From positions 17,670,001 to 17,734,000 of the forward strand of contig CM022665.1 of NCBI GenBank assembly GCA_012295275.1: a stretch of 64,000 bases of DNA, read 5' to 3'. Below, piece after piece: positions 15,361-27,287 of this stretch (position 1 is its first letter; every line of letters starts with the position of its first letter). Under the pieces are notes generated by a model. The model had not been told where the DNA came from. It ran no database searches and worked only from the letters and a program-made list of their open reading frames with translations. This DNA is from Chrysomallon squamiferum (taxonomy: Eukaryota > Animalia > Mollusca). Both the position numbers and the translations under genes were made by a program.

Positions 15361-15920
15361 GCATTTGTAGAAATATACCTATATCAATGTATGTGACTAA
15401 CTGTGAGATTTTCTGTATGTTAATATATGTAAGACAATCTTCCAGTACATATTCATGAAGATTACTTAAACTAGTTAAAGTTCAACATTTTACCTCTATC
15501 ACTTTTTTTTCTAATTATTTATTATTCACACCTGTGTATGTAGGTAATCTAGAAGAGACATTCTAAATCAGGTGTTAATCTGCAGACTGAAATTCCAGGA
15601 GATAAAAGCCATTTGTAAAGTTTTGATAAATAATTCTGTTTGTTTTGGGATCTGACAACTGTAGACTAACCAGTCTATCTGTAGTCACACCTGTAACAAA
15701 GGTAAATAAATTTGTCTGTGCTGACTTTTAAATATGAACAATTTACATTTTATTCTGCAACAATGTTGTTTTTTTAAAGAAAAAAAAAGATTAAAAAACA
15801 TGTGGGGTGTGTGTATGTTGACTAAGGCTTCATAAATGTTGTATGTGTTATATATATATATACATATATGTGTTTTTGTATATATGTATATGGGTGTGCA
15901 TACATATGTGTGTGTGCGTG

Positions 15921-15973
<53 letters not shown>

Positions 15974-16587
15974 TGTATCACTGGAACGATTCTCCTCAAC
16001 ACTTCAGTTTGTTTAATTCCTAATCCAGACAGTGCTGCATGATTGTTAATCAAAGTTTATGGTATGAGCTGTCATGTTACGTTTATGCAAATAAATTATT
16101 TATTGCCTCATTCCTTTCAGTTGATAAGGACAGTTTATCTGTTCATTCTATACTGTCAATTTTTTTGGTCAGTGAATCACATTAACTATACTTTATCATT
16201 ACAAAAACAAACAAAAAATTAAAACCAGAAAAATCTCTCAATATCTTATAAAATAACTATTTTGCATTTCTGATAAACATTTTTTATTTTTTTCTCTCTT
16301 TGTTTGATTTTTTATCAAATATATCATGACGTACCTACATTTTCATAGTTTAGGTATATAAAAATGTAAAACATCAACAACTTTAACATAGTCTCGTTTT
16401 GTTTACACTATTATGTTTACAGTGTTTTCACTGTTTACTGAAGTGTTTACATTGTTGATAAGAAAGGTGGATATAGCTGTAAAATCGTTTTGTTTACCTA
16501 CTTACTGCTAGGTCACATACATGTACATTATGTTTTGAGAATTTATTGTCAGTACAGCAAATCAAAAACTTCTGTGTATGACATATA

Positions 16588-16623
<36 letters not shown>

Positions 16624-16637
16624 TGTATGTATGTATG

Positions 16638-16685
<48 letters not shown>

Positions 16686-18582
16686 ATGTATGTATGCATG
16701 TATGTATATATCACTTTAAAAACTCGAAAATCTATTTTGAGAGTACCTTTTTCTGTGTGTGTGTGTGTCTGTGTGTGTGTGTGTGTGTGTGCCCATCTCA
16801 TCATAAAAAAAATAATAATAAAAAACCAATAGACACATTAGAAACATCTGAGATTGGTCCTCCACTGTGCATATTATTCTGTTCCAATCACAGTCTCTTT
16901 GACTAATTCATCAAATGCTATAGTATGTGTATTTCTGACTATGTTAATGTGTAAATAAAAGGAAACTTGCTGGCAGAATATGTTTTGCAATTGTTTCTGT
17001 AGGTTTCTTATTTCATAATCTCATAAAACTTATTACAAATGTATTACCAATGTTTCCATAGAGAGTAAATTTAAAGGTACATTTTAGCAGTTTTTATTTT
17101 CTATGGTGATGTGATTGCTTCTGTAACTTGAAATATATAAAGAGAAAGATACAAGCTCACTGATATAGTTCAGACAAGTATAAGAAGAGTGACAGACAGA
17201 CAGACAGACAGACAGGTTGATACAGATAAATAAATAGACTGTGAGAGAGAGAATGAAACAGATTAAAGAGAGATACTGAGAAACAGTGATGAAGAAAAAG
17301 AGAGAGTGTGAAGAAGATATTGAAAGAATGAGAAATAGACAGAAAGAAGAAAGAGTAATGTTCAGTATGTTTCAGTGTTTTTATTTAATTCATCAGAATC
17401 TCCCTGTATATTTTCTGCATGTTGTAGATGTTTTTCTTAAGTACTTGTAAGAAATAACAATAACAATAACAATAATAATAATAAATAAATAAGCAAAATA
17501 AAATAAAATAAAAGAGAAAATGGTATATAAACCCACCAAAAACCCTACCCCAAAAATCAATATCATAAATAAATAAATATAGCATTTAACAACAACAACA
17601 ACAACAATTATAATGATGATGATTATAATAATAATAATAATAATAGTAATAATAATAATAATAATGATAAAAATAACAAAAAAAGAAAAACAAAAAGGGA
17701 AAAATGTTGGCCTTATTATTGAAAACAAACAATACAACAATATAATAAGATTAACTTATGTTTATTTAAAATATGAAAACTATATATATTAAAAAAAATT
17801 CCTTTAAAACCCTTTATTCTCTACTACAATATCCAATAACAAACCACAACACTAGAAAAAAAATGTCAGTCATTTTTTAACAATGGCTGCCATTCCATGT
17901 ATTAAATAACTTGGCATTAAGTCAGCTTTGTTTGGAAACATTCAAACATTAGTGTGTACATTTTGTCACACATCCACAAACAAAACACTGAACATGCTCA
18001 AGTCTCAGCTGGCGACTGGTGACAAATAAGGGCAAATAATTCTAATATGTGGTCTGCATCTCTGCAAGTAGGCTGAACTCTTTTTTTTTTTCTTTTTTTT
18101 CACTTCATTTTTCTTTTTCTTTATTATTATTATTATTATTATTTTTATTATTCTGAATTATTCTTCTTGTCATCTGCATCTTTAAAAATAGGCAGAACTT
18201 CTTTATTATTATTAATTTTGTTTTCATTCATTTTATTTTTATTTTTATTTCTTTCTCTGTCTCTTTTTTTATTTCTTTCTTTATATCTTTATTTTATTAT
18301 TATTCTTTTTATTTATCTTCATTTTATTCTAAATTATCTTTACAAGTAGGATTAACTTTTTTGTTTTCTTTCTTTATTTATTTTTTTATATTATCTTTTC
18401 ATTTTATTCTGAATTATTTTGCTCTCTGCTTTTATTTTTTTTATTTTTTCTTATTTTTTTATTTCTTTTCATTTTATTGTTTAGTGTTTTTCATAGTCAC
18501 AGATGAAAATTTTACTGAACAGAAATGAATTTATGTATATACTAAGCGTATAATTTGTTTCAACTTTACTTCAGTATTCAAG

Positions 18583-18626
<44 letters not shown>

Positions 18627-19086
18627 AATGTACATACAAACAATACATCCATTATCCATCCATAAATTCACACATACATACATCCATTCATCCACCCCCC
18701 ACCCATACAGACACACACACACACAGGCATACATACAAATTTATCCAACCATTTATCCATCCAATACACACAACACACACATCCATGCACAAACTCACAT
18801 ACCACAGATAATATATAACTAACTGTTAATAACATGTATATGAATTACTGCACTTTGTATTGATTGTTAATTAGTAACATATGTTTTTATTAGCATTTGT
18901 AATTTATCTATTATTAATAAAAGCAGTTTGTACAATACTGACATATCAAGTGTAGATTATTATTAATAATAATAGTAATGTAAATAATATTAGCAGACTA
19001 GAGGTAAATGTAAAATCTTCTTGTCTATGCTAGTGTTTGTAAACTTTTAAACTTTTTGATTTCATCTCAGAAATTTCAGTTAGAAA

Positions 19087-19132
<46 letters not shown>

Positions 19133-19195
19133 TAAAACTTATTATATCATCAGTTAAGTAATAATAATAATAATAATAACAACAACAATAATAAA

Positions 19196-19236
<41 letters not shown>

Positions 19237-20939
19237 TAAAAATACTAATAACAGCATTGGCAACCATAATAGCTATAAATAGGAAAACAAGTTATAATAA
19301 TACCAATAATAACATCCATAATAATCATAATAATAATAGCACACATATAGAGACACACACATTTTTAACATTATATGACATGCAAGATCATTACAGACAA
19401 AAACAAACTCTCACTTTCCAGCAAGCTGCTCATTTATATATACCTACCCACACACATGAAAAAAAAACCTTTGATACAACACATATAGTGCACTGGATGT
19501 GAAAGACAAATATATTTACTTATTTATTTATATCCTTCTTATGTGTTTTCCCAACTATACTGTGAAAGGGTTAGTTACAAACATTTCTCCTTATGCATCT
19601 TTTTAAGCAGTGTACACTAGAATATTCTCCAGAAATGTAATTTTTAAATCCTCTTATATTTCTTATGTTTGTTTAACATGCAGTAAATTAAAATATATAA
19701 TAGTATATATATAGATATAAACTCTTTTAAATATATATATATAAAAAAAAAAATATTCAGAGAATAATCTGATATACCAATCATTTACATAAGATATTTT
19801 ATATATCAGCCTGTTGAACACAAAATTTCATTAAATATTTTACTAGAAATATATGTAGCCAACAAACATAATTATCTCTTTGTTCTAGTTTCATATGTAA
19901 TATATTAACATATGATTCTATTACACACACACACGCACACACATATATACAGAGAGAGAGAGAGATATGAATGGATGAACCAACAGATAGATAGATTAGA
20001 TAGATTGATGGATGGATGGATAGATACATAGATCACTAGATGGATAGATATGTTTAATACATTAAAATATTCACAATAAATTATAAATAAAAATCTCTTA
20101 TAATTCATTGATAAAATTGCAAATTTTGTTATCTGATGCCTTCAGTGACAGTCATTAATTAACATAAAACGGATATGAATATTCATCATTATCAGTTAAT
20201 TAATTATGTAAATATATGTATTCTCTTAATTAGATGTGTTTTCTATCATACTTAATTCTGTTGCCGAATAAATAAGATGTAGCATAGGAAATAAAATGAT
20301 GAGATATTTTTATAATTTATTATTATTCATTTTGTTAATTTTTATTTGAATCTTATCCAGTCTATACAAAAAACCCATGATAAAAGACAAAAATTATAAT
20401 GCAAAAAAATAAAACATAATAAAAATAACAAAATTAATTCATTAAAAAACAACAAAAACAAAACAAGCACAAATAGTGTTATTTTTGTTGTTATTGTCGT
20501 TATTATTACTTTCATTGTTATTGTTGTTGTTGGTGGTGTTACTGTTATTATTATTATTATTATTTTTACTACTATTATTATTATTTACATTATCATTACT
20601 TTTACTGTTATTATTATTATTGTGGGTTGTTTTTTTTTTTATTGTTATTAGTACTATTACTACTACAACTGGTACAATAACTACTACTATTATTAAAAAA
20701 GAACTTTATAAACCATTAACAGTCCTCAGTGAAATAACATAAGTGAAAAATAACTAAAATATTATAAAATAATACTTAAACTGATCAAACAAAACAAAGT
20801 TATTTTTCCATTTAACAAATGTGGACAAAAACCTACAACAGTACATAATGACAGTGGCTATATCAGTTCGTAAAGAGATCTGTAATAATTAATAAATCTG
20901 ATATCAAACCATTAAATCTACATAATTAACTGTCAGTGA

Positions 20940-21445
20940 TGTGTGAATATAGAAGATAGTAAACAAGATGAAATATTGTTTAACCTTTTCACATATGGAC
21001 AAATATTTTTCATTGATATTGTTTTAGCAAAAAGATTTTTGGGAAAAGTGAATATGAAAGATGGTGAACAAAGTGAAATGATGAATCTTTTCACAGAGAC
21101 AAATATTCTTATATAATATTTTTCATAAAATTTTTTGGAAAAGGTGGTTATGGAAGATAGTAAACAAGATGGAACAGTACATAATCTTTTCACAAACAGA
21201 CAAATATTTTTATTTAATATTTTGTTGGCAACACATTTTTTGAAAAGTGAATATGGAAGATAGTAAATGAGGTGAAATAATATATATTCGTTTTATATAG
21301 AGAAAAATATTTTTATTTAATATTTTTCTGCAACAGATATTTGGCAAAATGTATGAAATAGTAAACAAATGGAAATAATATATAGTCTTTTCACACAGAA
21401 ACAAATATTTTTAAGTAATATTTTATGGCAACAGATTTTTGTAAA
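20940..21445. repeat. Degenerate ~100-bp tandem repeat, about 5 copies
   Basis: GTGAATATRGAAGATAGTAAACAAG...TTTTCACA..GACAAATATTTTT recurs. Confidence 0.8.
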
Positions 21446-22977
21446 AAAAACCACAAAAAAACCACAAAAAAACCATGTTTTTGTCAATATTTGTCATTTT
21501 TCCAGATTTCACAAAAAAAATTGTATTTGTTTTGGTTGTTTATACATTTTGTATTTTACTATGTAAAAGAGGTGTTTGTAATGGGGGAAAAGATATCCAT
21601 TTGTTTCAGATATTATTTAATGTGTCCAGGACAAATTTATTGAGTAACAAGTGTATTTACTGACTTAAAAAATTAAAAAAACAACAAAAAAACTTTATGG
21701 ATTTCTTAACATTATTTTATTGGTTTCATTGACAATACTTGAGATGTTTCAAAATTTATTTATTATTTTAATCTGCTGCATATAGATGACTTTAACAATC
21801 TTTATTTTTTTTATTACTTTATTTATTTATTTTTTTTTTTTTGTTGTTGTTGTTGTTCTGAATAACTCTAAAAGTGTATTTAGAGTTATGTCACTTTGAC
21901 CTTGACTATCACAGTAACTAAAGATAGAATAAAACAGATTTTATTCACATTTTTTGTTATTGCTGTCATTGATATTGCATTGTTATTGTTACTGGGTGTT
22001 TTTTTGTTGTTGTTGTTGTGCTGCTATTTAATTTTATTATTATTATTTTTCATCTTTATTCTCCTAGTTGTTATCCATCCAAATTCATTACCTTTCATCC
22101 ACTTCCTCATTCATTCATTCATTCATTCATTCATCATTCTTTTCATTCATCTGATCACTCATTCACTTGTTTGCAAAAAGGAAAATGAATGGTGTTAAAT
22201 TGTCTGAATATTTACATTTTTATTTATTTAACAAACAAACAAAATAAATTAAGAACTTTTTTTCATACATTGACTCTTTTTCACATATGTTTCAATTTAC
22301 CACTACATTAAAAAAAATCTAAATTATTTCTAAATTAATTTTTTTTTTCTCACTCTATTTAACTATGACTGCTAATTTTTAATATATTTTCACTGGAAGA
22401 AAAAATATTTAATCCAATTTAAAATATTTATTTATTTTGTCAAACTTAATTTAATATGGATTTTTTAAACTGCCATTTTATCTGAAATCATGAAAGTGAA
22501 TATGTTTTGAAGTATTTAGCAATTTAAATAAAAAACAGACTTTATTTATTAAACTGTCAAACTTTTTAATGTGGTTGAAGTAAATAATATATATAATTAA
22601 AATATTGTTCAGAAATGTTTGGTTGTTGTTGTTGTCTAAAATCAATCATTTTTTACCTTGAACAATATCTCTTGATAATCTTTCACAGATCTTAATAGCA
22701 TCTGTAGCAGCTGTAGTAATTGAAGTAGTAGTAGTAATAACAGCAGTAATAAAATAGTAGTAGTTAATTGTTCAGACAAATGCTTTTATAATAAAGTTAA
22801 ATTGTGTTTTCAAACAGTAACATTAACATAAACAAGATTCATTTTTCAACATTTTTCATTACTTATTTCAATATCATTTCATTACATTATTACAGGAAAA
22901 TAAAGCTGTCATTTTCTTTATATATCAATCTTAATAATTTCTTACTTAAAATTATTCTTTGTTTATTTATTTTTCAG

Positions 22978-23071
22978 AGGATGTTATAAAAAGAACTGTT
23001 TTAAAATTTGTGTGTACTGGCTGCAGTCTGTATAAAGCAATGGGAAAGGTAACTCTAATTCAAATGAAGAA
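22978..23071 (+). other. SHANK: 5' UTR portion of SHANK first coding exon
   Basis: Strong acceptor tttatttatttttcag| ending at 22977. An in-frame TAA at 23033-35 precedes ATG 23072. Confidence 0.6.
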
Positions 23072-23167
23072 ATGAAGGAATACCATAATTTTGAAGAAAA
23101 TTCTTTTATGACTGAGAATAATGGAACTGTTTATATTCGAATAGCCATACCAGAACTTACAGTACAA
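23072..23167 (+). CDS. SHANK: SHANK coding exon 1 (MKEYHNFEENSFMTENNGTVYIRIAIPELTVQ), start of SPN domain
   Basis: VYIRIAIPELTVQ resembles SHANK3 VVVRVGIPDLQQT. Donor CAA|GTAAGC, phase 0. The start could alternatively be ATG 23108. Confidence 0.85.
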
Positions 23168-23573
23168 GTAAGCAGTTATTAGTAATATATGTGTCTGTCT
23201 GGCTCTCTGTCTGACTATCTACCAATATATCTATCTGCTTGTCTGTATGTCTATCTATATGCCTGTCTGTCTGTCTGTCTGTCTGTTGGTTGGTTTAGTG
23301 ATTATTTATTTAGTTCTTTATTTTATTATTATCATTAAGGCTTTTATTTAATATAATTTATATATTTATTTCTTTACACACTCACACACACACACACACA
23401 CATATGTGCACGCACATGCAGAGATACTCCTGCACAAACACATAAGCACACAAGCACACACATGCACAAACAGAAAACACAGGGTCATTAAAAATCTAAT
23501 GATATTATTTTTGTGTAATTCAAATTAAAACATTCAAAAATTAATAAATGATTTTACATTTTTCATTTCTCAG

Positions 23574-23645
23574 AAATGTTTGCAGTTCCAACTGGATGAT
23601 ACTGTATGGCAAGCCAAACAGAGAATACTGCAGGCATTTGCCAAG
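23574..23645 (+). CDS. SHANK: SHANK coding exon 2 (KCLQFQLDDTVWQAKQRILQAFAK), SPN domain
   Basis: ttctcag| acceptor, AAG|GTTTGT donor, phase 0-0. Resembles SHANK3 KCLRLDPAAPVWAAKQRVL. Confidence 0.93.
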
Positions 23646-23989
23646 GTTTGTTTTTTCTTCCTTTTCTAATTCTTTTCACATCTTTTAAATCATTAATGGT
23701 TCTTTTTCTATAATGTTCTTAATAAATAAATGTTTTTAAATCTGACTGATTTTTCTTTCTTTTTTTTTTAACTGGGGTGTTTAATAAAGGAAAGTCTAAT
23801 TACTAAATTGACAAACAAACTTCAGAAAAAATTATAGATGTGTTATTTATAAAATTGTTTTTATAATTATTTTCAAAAAGAAATTTCTTGTTTAGAATTT
23901 TTGGATTTTTTAATATATGTTTTTACATAATTCCAACAATTCTACTTTTTAAACTGCACTTATATTATTAATTAAGACTGGCCAGCTAA

Positions 23990-25010
23990 ACTCAAATACA
24001 ACTTAACTGTGAGGAATCTGTTTATACTGTTTCTTCAAATCACCAAAAGTACATTAAAACATAACTTGTAAGTGTGTAGAATATCTTTAAATGATTTCTC
24101 AAAATCACCAAAGGTGCACTTTAAGTCATGGTTATTGAGAACACTTTATGTCACTGATAGAGAACAAGTTTTTCTGTGTTAGATAAATAACTATAAAATA
24201 CAATAAAACTTGGAAGCATATAAATAATATATTTATATGATTTTTTCAGATCATGAAAGGTGAACTTTAAATTATGGTTTAATAAAGTGTGTAATTTATG
24301 TGACTCATATCAGACAAATTCGTTTATGTTGGTTGTATAACTATAAGATACAATAAAACTTAACTTGCAAGTATGTAGAATATATTTAAACTATTTCTTC
24401 AGATCATGAAAGGTGCACTTTAAATCACAGTTATTAAAGATAATTTATGTTTCACTGACAAAAGGACAGTTTTCTCTGTGTTAGTTGTATAACTTGGAAG
24501 CATGTAGAATATATTTAGACTATTTTTTTCAGAACTTAAAAGGTTTACTTTTAAAGATAGTTATTAAAAAGATTTTGTGTGTAATTTATGTGACTGAGAG
24601 AAGACAAGTTTCTCTAACGTGGAAGTATGCAGAATATATTTAGATGATTTCTACAAATCATGAAAGATGCACTTTAAATCACAGATATTAAAAACAATTT
24701 ATTTGAATAACAGAGGACAAATTTCTCTGTAGTGGTTGTATAACTATAAGAAACATTAAAACTTATCTTGACAGAATACATTTAGACTGTTTCTTCATAT
24801 AACTAAAGCTGCACTTTAAATGATGGTTATTAAAGAGACTGTGTCTTTAACTTATGTCACTCATCAAAGACAAGTGTCTCCATCTTGGTTATATAATTAT
24901 TACATACATTAAAACTTAACTTGACAGAATACATTTAGACTAAGCACTTTAAATGATGGTTGTTAAAGACAATTTATGAGACAAATTTCTCTGTGTTGGT
25001 TGAATAACTG
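23990..25010. repeat. Degenerate ~130-160-bp tandem repeat, about 7 copies, in intron 2
   Basis: CAGATCATGAAAGGTGCACTTTAAAT..GTTATTAAA and GTAGAATATATTTAGA motifs recur. Confidence 0.85.
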
Positions 25011-25558
25011 AATGTTCTCATCATGGCCAGTCATCATTAATCTGTGAGTCTGGCTACAGGTTAACTGTGTTTGATAAAAGTGATAAATATGTCACTGTCA
25101 CTTCATCATGTCATGTGCAGGTTGTCACTGTAAGACTGATGGTATTTGTTTATGTCACCAATCAGAGGAGAAACCTGGACAGTACACAGCTAGTGATAAA
25201 TGTGTGACCACAGTGGACATTCTGACCAGTGATAAATACTCCATGTATTAATATCCTGACCACTGTCCAAGTGACTGGTATCTAAATGTCCATGTGTATA
25301 AATTTATGTTAAGTCAGTTGCCTGTGTGTATAAATTCTTGACCATTGTCCATGTGTACAATTTCATGTCCACTGACAGACATATTTATTTGTACTCAAAT
25401 TGTGACATACTATCCATTTCACAAAAATGTTTTAAACATTAAAAAAATATATTTCTAGGTGCATTCTAAATAAATAATGTATATCAAGTGAAAACCAGAA
25501 TATAGTATCTACATTAGTGTTTTTGTCAGTTTGTAATAATTGTTATATGCTTTTCACT

Positions 25559-25610
<52 letters not shown>

Positions 25611-27161
25611 AAAATCTGTGTGTGTGTGTATCTACCCTTCTCTGCCTATATACTGTCTGTGTGGATAGACAGAGAGACAGAGCGAACAACATACATAAAA
25701 TATTCTAAAAAACAAAAAAAACAAGGACAAATATAAATGACTAACTTGGCAGCTGTCCAGTTTTCTGACACTAAAACAGACATCAGTAATTAATGTTGTA
25801 TCTGCCTTCACTTACATATTTATATCTACCATGAGTTATCTATGGTATCTGTCATGCTGCCAATAATAATAAATACATTATTTTTAAAAATAATAACATA
25901 AAGATTCAGTCTTCATTTTTCGAACATGATATTTTTTATAATTGTTATTAGATTTATTATTTCTTCTTCTTTTTTCTTTTTTTTAATGGTTATTTTTCTT
26001 TTTGTTGTTTTGCTTTATATGTTAATAATAATATTGTATTATTATTGTTATTTTGATTATTACTATTATTACTAGTGTTATTATAATCATTATTGTTTTT
26101 ATTATCATCATCATCATCATTATTATTATTATTGTTGTTGTTGTTGTTGTTGTTGTTATTCTTATTGTTATTATTAGTTTATCTTTTGTATTTAATTAAA
26201 AAAAAATTAAAAATGTAAAATGAAATATTATAAAATCATATTAATAATAATGATAATATTAATGATAACAACTATAACAATAATGATAACAATAATAATG
26301 CTAATAATAATAGTAATAATAGCATTAATGATGATAACAACAACAATAATAATAATGCTAATAATAACAAATAAATAAATAAACTTGCTGTGGTATAATT
26401 AAAATGTAATTATATATCTCAGTGTTAAATTAGGTGTTTGTTTTTTTTAAATACCTAAAAAAATACAAAAAATAAATCAATTTTGAATTACTTACTGTTC
26501 AGTAATTTACAAGACTAAGAGTAAAAAAAACCCCAAAAAACCTTAGTGCTTAAATACCCAGAGGCATTTATCAAAAATAGATTAATCAAGATAAGTTGTT
26601 TACTAAATATTACAGATTTGTCATCCTATCATGTGACTTGGTTAGACACGTTTATTAATACCTATGAGAAATATGGAAAAAAAAAAATAATAATAATAAT
26701 AACATAAATAAAATAAAAAAATAAAAAATAAAAATAATTTATTGACATATTTGATGAAATGGTCTTTAGTACTTTTTATAATTTTTAAAAGAATATTTTA
26801 TAATTTTTTTTATGTATTTATGTTAAATGTAAACACAAAGCAACAACAATAATAATAAAAAAGATGAATTGCATATATATAAAAATTAAACCAATTTAAA
26901 AAAAAAAAAATGTAGGAAAATAAATAAGTAAGTAAATAAATAAATAAATTCAAATAAATAAATAAATAAATAAACAAATGAACAAACAAACAAATAAATA
27001 AATTCAGACAAATAAATAACAAAAACTTCACAAATAATCATTTCTATTACTTTTTCACACTGAAAATTAACAACAATGAATATTTCTCTCGATATGTTTC
27101 TAAATAAATACAGTATATATGTTTATGTTTCTAAATAATGTACATAAATTCTCATTTTCAG

Positions 27162-27287
27162 GATTTACGAGACCCACTGAACTATGGATTGTATCTCCCA
27201 CCCACCAATGGAAGAGCTGGCAAGTTTCTGGATGAAGAAAGAATCCTACAGGAGTATCCCCTACAGGGTCCTATTGGATTTCTGGAG
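27162..27287 (+). CDS. SHANK: SHANK coding exon 3 (DLRDPLNYGLYLPPTNGRAGKFLDEERILQEYPLQGPIGFLE), SPN domain
   Basis: Hallmark LNYGL..P..GRAGKFLDEER.LQEYP motif. ttttcag| acceptor; non-canonical GAG|GCAAGT donor, phase 0-0. Confidence 0.95.
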
